NCBI GenBank assembly: GCA_964585065.1 | Contig: CAZPCB010000002.1 | Span: 1,006 to 65,005 of the forward strand | Origin: an uncultured Candidatus Saccharibacteria bacterium | GTDB lineage: Bacteria > Patescibacteriota > Minisyncoccia > SW-4-49-11 | Length of the DNA stretch: 64,000 nt | Direction of reading: 5' to 3' | In this document: positions 40,601 to 49,787 of the stretch, piece after piece | Position numbering within the stretch: the first letter of the stretch is position 1 | Layout: every line of letters starts with the position of its first letter | Program-made: the position numbers and the translations under genes | Notes under the pieces: generated by a model | The model's input: the letters and a program-made list of their open reading frames with translations, nothing else | Database searches by the model: none | What the model was told of the DNA's origin: nothing

Positions 40601-41173
40601 AAAGAAAATAAAATTATTATGACGAAAAGTGGCTCCAAAATGGCATTTATAACACTAGAAGATTATAATGATAGCATTGAGGCTATTATATTCCCAAGTA
40701 TTTATGGACCTATATCTGATGCTATTGTCCCTGGTAAAGGTTTTGCTCTCAAAGGAAAGCGCCAAGATAAAGATGGAAGTTCTCAGTTTATTGTATCAGA
40801 GGTCAAATCTCTCTCTGATACTGATATAAATACTTGGATTACCACAAAAGAAAAGAAAGATAATGGTAATTCGGTTGAGGATATTGGAGCTAGTATACCC
40901 GAGCCTGATGAGAGTATACCAAATACTATCCCCACAACTCCTGAAGGACAGGAAATTGTAGGTGTTAATATTATTATCCCCCCACATACCTCTAAAGATT
41001 CCTTGGAAAAAGTAAGAGATATATTAAATCGAGAGCCTCGAGGTAATTGTCCGGTATATCTAGTTGCTAATTATAATAGCCCAAATGTACAAATCAAATC
41101 CACTAATTTTGCAATTCAGTATTCCGAGGAACTTATATCCAGAATAAAATATATTCTCAATAATCCGGAATAA
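37655..41173 (+). CDS. dnaE: DNA polymerase III alpha subunit
   Basis: PHP domain, GPGRGSAAGS, PDIDID, KMDFLGL, YGFNKSHA, OB fold. Confidence 0.98.
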   Translation: MQEFVHLNTRSHYSILEAIGSIDDIIARAQLLKFDTVTLADKDNMFGAIEFYEKAKKANIKPILGICLSVGSFDAGDNKSYSLTLLAKSYAGYMNLIELASLVRLNTHKYVSFEELSQYSDDIICLTGNYTGEIASYLIHTPSKVSAWVKSYKDIFKENLYFEVLPLINTPDQLKANTLLTELGVSAQIPLVLTAQSMYLTSEQKTAHDIMLAIKYKTNIQNPDRISFAYEDYSLKSAEEMYTLAQGLNIPEEAILNTRIIADTCNVEIPLYQIQLPAFEVPILESGEKLSNENYLRHLCEDGILKRYPGKDQKPIRERLEYEFDVIKTAGYIDYFLIVSDFINWAKSNNILVGPGRGSAAGSLVAYLLAITDLDPLEYQLLFERFLNPARVSMPDIDIDFQDNKRELVLQYVAQKYGQDHVAQICTFGTMAAKAAIRDTGRALGYSYGLCDSIAKLIEQKTIAKSIVNSRELKARYEQEEKVTTLIDAAQELEGSVRHTSTHACAVVISPKKLTSYTPLQISESGGKTSITTQYEMHAIEDLGLLKMDFLGLSNLSTIESTLELIQSQTGTIIDINNLPIKDALTYKLFQKGQTTGVFQFESQGMKKALIGLKPSDFNDLIAMVSLYRPGPMELIPTYIARKHGKEEVSYLHPNLEPILKPTYGIMIYQEQLMQASQAVAGFSLPEADTLRKAVGKKIKELMDEQKTNIIEGTVKQGIERQVGEKLWELIEPFGDYGFNKSHAACYAFIAYQTAYLKAHYPLQFMVALLNSDAKDMTRIAIDITESRQLGLKIQAPHVNNSKAQFSGIDSTIFYGLASIKNMSSHLAEYIEQERIDNGPFSSLEDFFKRIPAKELNKKNLEALIKGGALDELEKRHILITNIDTISLYIKKLSDINTIVPTNSLFGNTAPTAPVLDLVDSPISPTEQLNQILELENHYLGLWISAHPIDEYKTIIEDLAFPSIKELKESKRKTGMILAGIIKENKIIMTKSGSKMAFITLEDYNDSIEAIIFPSIYGPISDAIVPGKGFALKGKRQDKDGSSQFIVSEVKSLSDTDINTWITTKEKKDNGNSVEDIGASIPEPDESIPNTIPTTPEGQEIVGVNIIIPPHTSKDSLEKVRDILNREPRGNCPVYLVANYNSPNVQIKSTNFAIQYSEELISRIKYILNNPE

Positions 41174-41707
41174 CTACTCCTCCAGCTGAGCTTTACCAGC
41201 TTTTAGGTCCTTATATTTTCCTTCCCTGAGAAAAATTAGAAAGTTTTTATCCCATAACAATATACTATATGGTAATATTATGGCGGTAAGAAAAATTACG
41301 AGAAGAAAACTAAATGTAATAAAAAAATATAAGCCTATATAATAAGCTATGTCAGCCCCTTGTTGAATTGCTTGTTCAATATTTATAGGTTCTTGTAATG
41401 GCCAATTATTTGAAGTGTTATTTACTAAAAACGCAATACTTAAAAGCCCAATAACTCCTATTGCTATTATAGTGTTCAATGTGATTTCATTTACTTTTGT
41501 ATAAATATTTAGTTCTTCTTGAGTAAACTTTTTTGAATTAATAAATAACCTTACTTTTTGGAAAGCAGGGTTTTGTTTCTTTAGTTTACGTACAATAATA
41601 ATATAGAAAGAGGTGATAAGTAATATCCCTATACCTAAATTGATATTGAATATATTGTCTAATCCATAACCCAATACCTCTGGTAAGAATAATAAAGCTG
41701 ATGACAA
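41174..41707 (-). CDS. Hypothetical membrane protein; 5' end uncertain
   Basis: Hydrophobic ORF; frame stays open upstream to 41797 without an ATG. Confidence 0.55.
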   Translation of the reverse strand: MSSALLFLPEVLGYGLDNIFNINLGIGILLITSFYIIIVRKLKKQNPAFQKVRLFINSKKFTQEELNIYTKVNEITLNTIIAIGVIGLLSIAFLVNNTSNNWPLQEPINIEQAIQQGADIAYYIGLYFFITFSFLLVIFLTAIILPYSILLWDKNFLIFLREGKYKDLKAGKAQLEE

Positions 41708-41863
41708 CAGTCCTATGTATAGGATAACACTATAAAATCTACGATAATTAAGATCGTATATAATAGCATTAATAATAGTAGTATTAATTATTTGATATTA
41801 GTCTATGTATTTTAATAATACCTCTTTTTCAGATTTTATCAAATATCTGTAATTGTGGATAAA

Positions 41864-42496
41864 TCACTCCTCAATAAACGGAAATATTTTGATATCATTA
41901 ATTGATGATGTGTGTAAATTTAACGTTTTGTATAGGGGGAAGAATATGTTTTTTACATATGTGTCTTTACTCCCGAGTAATCCAATAGATATATGTCTTC
42001 TAATCAAAATGAGAGACCATAAAGCTTGATCCCAATAACAGTACAGATTTATCAATTTTATCTCTTTTTTTTGTAACTTTGCTTGTAAATATTCTGGGAA
42101 CAACCTATTCCGTGAAATATTACTTTGAATAAATACAATTTTTTTCAAAGAAGGGGGTAATGTGTGATTGGTAAGATAGTTTAATAACAAAGAACTTCCT
42201 GCTGAATGACAAACTATTATTTCTGGTTTTGTTAACTCCAACTCTTTTTGCAATCTATGATATACTTTTTGATTCTCCGTCTTTAACATTTCAATATCAT
42301 ATTGTTTTATACTTGTTTTTACATTAATAGTTTCCCAAAAATTCAATTTACGAGACATTTCCCAACGAAACACTTTAGCCTCCCCCGCCTCAATTAAATC
42401 ATCAAAAGCTCCAAAGCCAGCATTTTCTCCTTCTGCTGATTTAAAAAAAGAATATTGTAAACCAATACCATATCCATGTATAAGTAAATATTTCAT
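41864..42496 (-). CDS. Alpha/beta-hydrolase-like hypothetical protein
   Basis: LLIHGYG and CHSAG nucleophile-elbow-like motif. Confidence 0.7.
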   Translation of the reverse strand: MKYLLIHGYGIGLQYSFFKSAEGENAGFGAFDDLIEAGEAKVFRWEMSRKLNFWETINVKTSIKQYDIEMLKTENQKVYHRLQKELELTKPEIIVCHSAGSSLLLNYLTNHTLPPSLKKIVFIQSNISRNRLFPEYLQAKLQKKEIKLINLYCYWDQALWSLILIRRHISIGLLGSKDTYVKNIFFPLYKTLNLHTSSINDIKIFPFIEE

Positions 42497-42560
42497 ATAT
42501 CTATATTATACATTTTTGAAAGCTATTATGCTATACTATATATACTTCTGTATTATTTTC

Positions 42561-42789
42561 ATGGATTCAAATCTCCCAAACAACCTAGAAGCTCCTATTT
42601 GGAAACTTCTACTGCAAGACTTCAATGCACTGTACTCAGACCAACAAATTCCTCCAGAAGTACTGAGAGATCATCCTGTACTTCGCCACCCTAACCCAAC
42701 TCCCCTTACACAAGCAACAAACTCCTCCAGAAGTGCTGAGAAATCATCCTGTACTTCACCACCCTAACCCAACTCCCCTTACAGATTAG
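42561..42789 (+). pseudogene. Small ORF with an out-of-frame internal duplication
   Basis: 42650-42710 is repeated at 42723-42783 (period 73, not a multiple of 3). Confidence 0.5.
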
Positions 42790-42899
42790 TAGGTGGGAGT
42801 TTTTCTTGTTTTGCAAAAAATGTATATTTAGTCTATAATACTTAAGTCTAAAAATAACTGTTATTTGTGTTGGGCCAAGCCCTATTATTTCCCTTATAT

Positions 42900-43922
42900 A
42901 TGTCTAGAATATCTTCTCTTGGCACACTTCTTAGTTTGCCTACCCAAATTATATCTTCAAAGGATTCTGTTGAGAATTCTTGTGAGAATTATCGTACTAT
43001 TGAATGGGGAAAATATTCTCGGTCCTATCATAATCTTTTATCCGCTCAATTTACCGCGCTTTTATCTAATCATAGAGGATTTAGTTATATAAATAACTCT
43101 ATTTATCATAATAATTCTAAAAACTCTCTTAACTTAGAGAATTTAGTACAGCAAAGTCTCATTCATCGTCCTAAAATTATATGGCTTCCTTGTATGGACG
43201 AGAGAATACAATATCTCACAGCCTCTCATCATGCTTTATCTCTTGGAATGCCGGGATGTGAATGTCTTATGACTTATACAAATAAAGCCAAAATGATAGA
43301 TGATATTATTGATATTTGCAAAAATAGTCCAAGCATACAAGAAATTATTACTACCTCTCATTCTGACTGTGGAGCTGTTGATTATGCGATAAAAAAATAT
43401 GATAAGGCCCATATAGTAAGTCGTATTACTCATAAATTAAAAAAGAGAGCGGCTCTCATTGATAAAGAGGGAGAAAAATATGCCCTCCATTTTACTCACT
43501 TATTAGAAAATGCTCTCCAAGAAAATAATCTCAATATTTCCGTAAGAACTCATCATTTTCAACAACAAGAATTACATTCCCAAAATCTACATAATGCCTT
43601 TGGGGCAATTATTAATTTCAACCCTCTTCTTAATAGTGCTGAATTAGAGGAAAATCTAGAATTACCGATGTTTAATATTTATGCTGGTGGCCAAAAGCCG
43701 ACACAAATACTCAAAAATATTGAGTTAGCTTTACGTATATCTGCAGGGGAGAATGGATTCGGTAATATCTATTTCAATAAAGAGAATCCTTTCATCTTAT
43801 TCTTCACCCTTAATCAAAACCAATCCCCCGATTCAATCAAATTCACTCAATCTATTATCAAAAAATTACAAGAAAAAGACCTCCCACTTGAAGTTGTGTA
43901 CACTATATTAGAGACAGCCTAA
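42900..43922 (+). CDS. Hypothetical protein with a carbonic-anhydrase-like Cys/His metal site
   Basis: CMDER ... GMPG ... SHSDCGA (CxDxR and HxxC pattern of beta-class-like carbonic anhydrases). Confidence 0.6.
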   Translation: MSRISSLGTLLSLPTQIISSKDSVENSCENYRTIEWGKYSRSYHNLLSAQFTALLSNHRGFSYINNSIYHNNSKNSLNLENLVQQSLIHRPKIIWLPCMDERIQYLTASHHALSLGMPGCECLMTYTNKAKMIDDIIDICKNSPSIQEIITTSHSDCGAVDYAIKKYDKAHIVSRITHKLKKRAALIDKEGEKYALHFTHLLENALQENNLNISVRTHHFQQQELHSQNLHNAFGAIINFNPLLNSAELEENLELPMFNIYAGGQKPTQILKNIELALRISAGENGFGNIYFNKENPFILFFTLNQNQSPDSIKFTQSIIKKLQEKDLPLEVVYTILETA

Positions 43923-43986
43923 TTTTTATTTGACGATATTCTTTAGAATTGTTAATCTAACATATATACATCAAAAAAAATATACT

Positions 43987-45822
43987 ATGTTTAGATCACG
44001 CAAATCTCTGTTTATCTTTTTAGGATTTGCTATTATATTAAGTTTTGCTATAGGATACAGTATTCCAAATAATTTTATTCAATCACCACAAATAAATCCT
44101 TCAGATACCATTCCCACAGAATCTTTTTCTGAGCAAAATCTTCATTATTCCTATCTTAATGATAAAAACTATTTTGAAGAAGCCTTTCAAAATTTACCTC
44201 AACCGACAAATTCCAAGAGTGAGGATATAAAAGGTCTTATTATACCTCATCATCTGGTCGCAAAAAAACTTATTGCTAATGCCTTTAATCAAGTTACATC
44301 TGATAAACCTCTTACAGTATTTCTTATTAGTCCTAATCACTTTAATACTGGTCGAGGGCAAATCATCACATCTCAATATGACTGGAGTACTCCCTATGGT
44401 ATTATTGAGCCCAATACTCAAATAATTGATAAGCTGATTGAAATTAATACTACTATAAAAATAGATGAATCTCCATTTACTAATGAACATGGAATATCAA
44501 ATGAAGTTTCTTTTATCAAAAAAACTCTTCCTCAGGCTCAAATTGTCCCCCTTATTATTAAAGATACAATATCACAGAATCAAATTAATACTTTTGTTGA
44601 TAATTTAACTCAAAATCTTCCAGAAAATTATCTTTTCGTTGCTTCCCTAGACTTTTGTCATAATAAAGGAGTTACCATATGTAATCAAAATGATAAAAAA
44701 AGTCTTTCTATTCTCTCCAAATTTGACTATAAAGACACTAAAAGTGTTGATGTAGACTCTCCAGCAGGATTACAAATACTATTACAAAGTCTCAATAAAC
44801 TTGGCTATTCTCAATTTAATCTTCTAGAAAATACTAATTCTGTAAATATTATAGGAGAAGCACCTAATGATGAAATGGTCAGTTATATTACAGGATATAT
44901 CACCAAAAAATCTGAGAGCAAAAAAGTAGATATATTATCTTTTGGGGATATGATGCTTGATAGATATATGCGTAATGCCATTAATTCTAGAGGTTTTGAT
45001 GCTATTTTTGAGAATATGAGAAGTATTATTAAGGATAAAAATATTATTTTAGTTAATTTAGAAGGAAGTTTCACCTCCTTTACCCCAAAACCCCTTAATC
45101 CTAATAATGTACAATTTACTTTTGACCCTGCCATTGTACCTAAATTAAAAGACTTGGGATTTACTCATTTTGGACTTGCTAATAATCATTCTCTTGATTT
45201 TGGATTGGCTGGGCTTAATCAAAACAAAGATTTTCTCAGTAAATCAGGTATAGACTATTTTGGAGAACCCAATAATAAAGATGCTATTTCCTTTATTCAA
45301 TCAGTTAATGATATGAATATTGGACTTATTGGATATCATGAATTTAATAATCCTGATACCAGTTCTGTAATACAAGAAATCAAATCTCTCAAGGATAAAA
45401 CTGATTTTATTATAGTATATCCACATTGGGGTATTGAATATCAAACTCAATTCTCTAGAGGGCAGCAAGTTAAGGCTTATCAATTTATTGATGCGGGGGC
45501 AGATGCCGTAATTGGAGCTCATCCACATGTTATACAACCAATAGAAATATATCAAAATAAACCTATATTCTACTCCTTAGGAAATTTTATATTTGACCAA
45601 ACATTTTCAAAAAACACCCAACAAGGATTAGCTCTTAATATTACCCTACAAGATAATAGTGCTACTTATACACTAATCCCTCTTGAGTCTCGTAACTTAA
45701 TTCCTTATATTGCAGAGGATAATTCTCGTAAAACAACACTCTCAAATCTTGCTGAGAATTCATCTGTTTCAGAAGATATAAAATCTCAGTTAGAATTGGG
45801 GATAATTAATTTGAATCGATAA
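43987..45822 (+). CDS. MEMO1 (AmmeMemoRadiSam B)-CapA metallophosphatase-family fusion, membrane anchored
   Basis: PHH, SPNHF, EHGI, SLDFCH; then GDMMLDR, NLEG, LANNH, HWG, GAHPH, YSLGNFIFDQ. Confidence 0.88.
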   Translation: MFRSRKSLFIFLGFAIILSFAIGYSIPNNFIQSPQINPSDTIPTESFSEQNLHYSYLNDKNYFEEAFQNLPQPTNSKSEDIKGLIIPHHLVAKKLIANAFNQVTSDKPLTVFLISPNHFNTGRGQIITSQYDWSTPYGIIEPNTQIIDKLIEINTTIKIDESPFTNEHGISNEVSFIKKTLPQAQIVPLIIKDTISQNQINTFVDNLTQNLPENYLFVASLDFCHNKGVTICNQNDKKSLSILSKFDYKDTKSVDVDSPAGLQILLQSLNKLGYSQFNLLENTNSVNIIGEAPNDEMVSYITGYITKKSESKKVDILSFGDMMLDRYMRNAINSRGFDAIFENMRSIIKDKNIILVNLEGSFTSFTPKPLNPNNVQFTFDPAIVPKLKDLGFTHFGLANNHSLDFGLAGLNQNKDFLSKSGIDYFGEPNNKDAISFIQSVNDMNIGLIGYHEFNNPDTSSVIQEIKSLKDKTDFIIVYPHWGIEYQTQFSRGQQVKAYQFIDAGADAVIGAHPHVIQPIEIYQNKPIFYSLGNFIFDQTFSKNTQQGLALNITLQDNSATYTLIPLESRNLIPYIAEDNSRKTTLSNLAENSSVSEDIKSQLELGIINLNR

Positions 45823-45868
45823 AATACTGTGTTACTATTAGTATATAATTAATATAAAAACCTATTTT

Positions 45869-47653
45869 ATGGCTGATAATATTGACCCTATCAATACATC
45901 CACAACTCCTGAACCTACCCAAACTCCAATAACTCCACCCGTACAAAATCCTAAAAAAAATTCAAAGAAAACACTTCTTATTATTCTATTTGCTCTTCTC
46001 CTACTCGGAGCCGCTGGAGCAAGTGGATATTTTTTGTCTCAAAAAATAAATCCTTCTAGTCCTACAAATACCACTCCAGCAGAAACAACTAATACCACTA
46101 CAGAGCCAACACCGACTCCAGAACCAGTAACACCTTTTATATCTTGGATAGAGCCTCAAAAAATAGCTTCTCTAGGATTATTTGATACAAAAAAAGATGA
46201 AAATGGAGATGGATTGTCTGAGAGTGATATTAATTATTATAAAGTTGGTACTATTAATAAAGATACCTATCAAGGAGCTGAGATTATACTCGTAAGAAGA
46301 GCTCCTTTTAATCTAATTCCTTTTTCCTCCTATCGTTTTATAAAGAACAAAGATAATATAATATTTCTCCCTTCCTATTCCGATGAAAGGTTTGAAGAAG
46401 ATAAATTAATAAATAGTAAATTCACTGAAGATAAAAGTTTCGTAATATCAGATCTTGATTTTCCAAAAACTATTATAGGAGATTCTCCTCGAAAAGTATT
46501 AACCAAGACTATAGAAGGAGATGGTATAAAATATATTCCTTTTGATAAAACTAATTTAACCAAAGCATTTACTGATACTAAGCTTGGAGACGTATATATT
46601 TCAAAAGATAATACCCCCTCTGTCAATGATACTTTAGCTTTTAGTCAAAATGGAGAAGAAGGTTTAAATAAATTATTTAATAAAAATGGATTTTATATTA
46701 AATCTCCGGATGGTGGAACTGTAATTTATAATCTCGATATTGATTTTATCAAAGGTAAAAGCACTCCTGAAATCACGTATCTTGATGGGAAGAAGAATAC
46801 AAAAGAATTCCTCTCTACTGATATTGGTGGCTGTGGTAGTACTAATTTTATATCTGTAGTTAATGATATTAATGTTTCAACTGATCTTGAGAAAATTGGA
46901 ATAAATTCCAAAGGAGATGATATATATAAGCTCAAAGACCCTAATAATGCTCTCTTGAAAGACTTTTATGATAATAATTATTTCCCCGAAGGTAAAAAAA
47001 TAGCCTATAAAGATTTTGTAGCAAAAAACCCTCTTATTTTCTGGGTTGATCCCTTTAATCGTGTAATTAAGTTTACTGATGTTACCTATATTCCTGCCGC
47101 TGAATGTGGAAAGCCTGTGATTTATTTATATCCAAAAGAGACAACTAAAGTAAATGTACAGGTTGAGCCACAAGGAGGATTTACCTATACCGATCCGGTA
47201 TATCCTGAAGGTGGGTGGAATGTACTTGCAACTCCTCAAGGTAAATTGACATATCTTCTTGATAATAAGCCTTATCCTTATCTCTTCTGGGAAGGTCGTG
47301 GAGGTTTATATGAAAAGCCCAAGAAAGGTTTTGTCGTAAAAAAAGCAGAAGTATATTCTTTCTTACAACAAAAATTAGCTGAGTTAGGACTTAATACACA
47401 AGAAGCGGCAGATTTCCTAGAATTCTGGTATCCTCGTATGCAAGCAAAGCCTTATTACTTCATTAGTTTCCTTGGTAATCAGGTTATGGATAAACTCGCT
47501 CCTCTTAATATAACTCCAAAGCCCGATACGGTAATTCGTGTACTTATGGATTATACTCCTCTTGATCAACCTATTGAAGTAGAAGGATTTAAAATTAAAA
47601 CTCCTGAGCGAAAAGGCTTCACCGTCGTAGAATGGGGTGGAGTAATCCAATAG
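45869..47653 (+). CDS. Membrane-anchored hypothetical protein with C-terminal KPVIYLYP domain
   Basis: Pro/Thr linkers, TM helix, CGKPVIYLYP, YLFWEG, VVEWGG. Confidence 0.85.
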   Translation: MADNIDPINTSTTPEPTQTPITPPVQNPKKNSKKTLLIILFALLLLGAAGASGYFLSQKINPSSPTNTTPAETTNTTTEPTPTPEPVTPFISWIEPQKIASLGLFDTKKDENGDGLSESDINYYKVGTINKDTYQGAEIILVRRAPFNLIPFSSYRFIKNKDNIIFLPSYSDERFEEDKLINSKFTEDKSFVISDLDFPKTIIGDSPRKVLTKTIEGDGIKYIPFDKTNLTKAFTDTKLGDVYISKDNTPSVNDTLAFSQNGEEGLNKLFNKNGFYIKSPDGGTVIYNLDIDFIKGKSTPEITYLDGKKNTKEFLSTDIGGCGSTNFISVVNDINVSTDLEKIGINSKGDDIYKLKDPNNALLKDFYDNNYFPEGKKIAYKDFVAKNPLIFWVDPFNRVIKFTDVTYIPAAECGKPVIYLYPKETTKVNVQVEPQGGFTYTDPVYPEGGWNVLATPQGKLTYLLDNKPYPYLFWEGRGGLYEKPKKGFVVKKAEVYSFLQQKLAELGLNTQEAADFLEFWYPRMQAKPYYFISFLGNQVMDKLAPLNITPKPDTVIRVLMDYTPLDQPIEVEGFKIKTPERKGFTVVEWGGVIQ

Positions 47654-47781
47654 AATAGTCTTAATCCCTTCTTATTGAACTATATCCCTTAGACCTATTA
47701 GGCTAAGGGATATAATTTTATCTTAAAGTATAGAAAAAAGCCCGAGCTGAGTAGCACGGGCGGGTTTAGTAGAGATGTCAA

Positions 47782-48021
47782 TCAATCCTTGAGATAGGGA
47801 CGAGATGTTTGGTAACGAGGATTGATGATATTTTCACCCTTCACACTGTAAGGGAGTTTATCTGTATCATTTGTATCAATGAGCTCATAGGACTCATCAG
47901 GGTTGATTTCTCTCGTTTGAGAATCAAATCTAAATGTAAGAGTTTTGTTTTTTTTCTTATCAAAATATTCTCCTAAAAAAATATAAACTAGTCTCTTTGA
48001 TGCTCGTGTGGTGGTTGTCAT
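47782..48021 (-). CDS. Small hypothetical protein
   Basis: ORF from ATG 48021, followed by GCCCG/CGGGC hairpin with T-tract at about 47734-47761. Confidence 0.6.
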   Translation of the reverse strand: MTTTTRASKRLVYIFLGEYFDKKKNKTLTFRFDSQTREINPDESYELIDTNDTDKLPYSVKGENIINPRYQTSRPYLKD

Positions 48022-48118
48022 GTGATAAATTGAAAACACCTTAAACACCATACTATATTTTCACTTCTTTGTAAAGATAATATACTCTGATATACTATAT
48101 ATAATAATTATTACTCTT

Positions 48119-48394
48119 ATGTCTAATATCAATCTAAAAGAGTCTTTATCTGAATTAAACTCTAATTGGATATTATCCGAAAATCAAGATTTATTATCTC
48201 GTCGTTTTGAACTTAATACTTTTGCAGAAGCTTTAGATTTAGTAAATAAAATTGGAAAACTTGCTGAAGAGCAAGGACATCATCCAGATATTAATCTTGG
48301 TTGGGGTTATGTAGAAATTTATCTTAGTACTCATGATATTGGGGGAATTTCTGAGAAAGATATAGTCTTAGCTAAAGCCATTGATAATTTATAG
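48119..48394 (+). CDS. Pterin-4a-carbinolamine dehydratase
   Basis: AEEQGHHPDI, THDIGGISEKD. Confidence 0.93.
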   Translation: MSNINLKESLSELNSNWILSENQDLLSRRFELNTFAEALDLVNKIGKLAEEQGHHPDINLGWGYVEIYLSTHDIGGISEKDIVLAKAIDNL

Positions 48395-48398
48395 GTAT

Positions 48399-49610
48399 TT
48401 AATTCATTTCACAAGCAATACCATCTTCATCTCTGTCCCGACTAAGTCGATAATTAGGGTCATTTTTAGGGAAATTACCCAGTCCCTTTTCATTTAATGT
48501 ATCACAACTTCCAGGAATATATTCACTAGCTGACTTAGTACTTTGTTTTTTTTCAGTTATAGGTTCTATATTTGGTGGTGTGGGTATGCTTGGTTTTTGG
48601 GGTTTATTTATTTGAGCTTGTAACCTTTCAGCTACAGCCTTACTTGTATCACCATTACAGGTGTTTGGTGACCATAAGCCTTTATTATTATCTCTAGACT
48701 CTTTTTGATATTGATTAAATTCTTCCAGTTTTGGATGAGGAAATTTAGTATAAGAATTAGCATATCCCTGTTTTACCATCTCCGCATTATAGAATAGTCC
48801 ATCTTTACGATATACATAGGCGAGAGTTCTCCCATATTTATCTATGCGATTAGCTGGATCAAATTCCAAATACACTTCTTGATTATCTAGTAGCTCTTTT
48901 GCCTTATTACTCGCTTCCTCACCGTAGCATTGCACAGGTTTACGAGGATCTTTCGTTTCTGGAGTATCTATACCAATTAATCGTATTGTTCCTAAATCAT
49001 TTACTTTTATTGTATCTCCATCCACCACTGCAGTAACGGTAAATAATTTAGTATCTTGGGTATTATTATCATTTCCTAGAATTAATTTATTAACTTCTAT
49101 TGTCTTATTTATATCTTGAGCCTCTTTATCATCCCCTGTATCATAATCAGGATTAGCAATAATATTCAGGTTTGGAGAATTTTTTTCTTCTGAAGAAGTA
49201 GTGTTATCTATTGATACCGTTTTAGTACTATTAATAGTATTAAATGGAATAATACTATTAGAATAGGCAATTGCAGCAATACTAAATAAAACATAAATAC
49301 TAATAAATAGTATACTTATTGATAATAATCTCCTTAATTTTGGCCTATCTTTATTTTTCTTTTTTATATACGGTATATTACGAATACCCCATATCCATAA
49401 AGGAAGTACAATTAAGCATATTAATAAGGATATATAGGGTATAAAGAATGAAGTTATAAGTATAATACTACTAATAACAATAATCTTATGTTTACGCCAT
49501 AAGATAGCTATTAGCTGTTGTAGTTCCGATCCCATCGATTCATTTTGAACTAATTTTTCCTGCTGCTTTTCTTCTTTTTCTATCATACAGTTATATATTT
49601 CTTTATTCAT
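48399..49610 (-). CDS. Membrane-anchored thermonuclease (SNase) with C-terminal Excalibur-like motif
   Basis: VVDGDTI, IRLIGIDTPE, DKYGRTLAYV, GLW; DRDEDGIACE. Confidence 0.93.
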   Translation of the reverse strand: MNKEIYNCMIEKEEKQQEKLVQNESMGSELQQLIAILWRKHKIIVISSIILITSFFIPYISLLICLIVLPLWIWGIRNIPYIKKKNKDRPKLRRLLSISILFISIYVLFSIAAIAYSNSIIPFNTINSTKTVSIDNTTSSEEKNSPNLNIIANPDYDTGDDKEAQDINKTIEVNKLILGNDNNTQDTKLFTVTAVVDGDTIKVNDLGTIRLIGIDTPETKDPRKPVQCYGEEASNKAKELLDNQEVYLEFDPANRIDKYGRTLAYVYRKDGLFYNAEMVKQGYANSYTKFPHPKLEEFNQYQKESRDNNKGLWSPNTCNGDTSKAVAERLQAQINKPQKPSIPTPPNIEPITEKKQSTKSASEYIPGSCDTLNEKGLGNFPKNDPNYRLSRDRDEDGIACEMN

Positions 49611-49787
49611 TGTATCATATATATAATATTAGAGTAGATAATTTGTTATATATAAGCCAAAATATAGTATTTTTATTGACAAATTTACCTATTTATTATA
49701 TACTATTTTTGAATCTAAAATCATTAGACAAGGTTGATTTTGAATCAAGACATTAGTCTGTTTATTCCGTTTTGAAGTTCGAATTCC

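Noticed and set aside
37655-41173. Intein or split in dnaE
   Set aside because: Length and motifs are colinear with a normal alpha subunit; no intein signatures seen.
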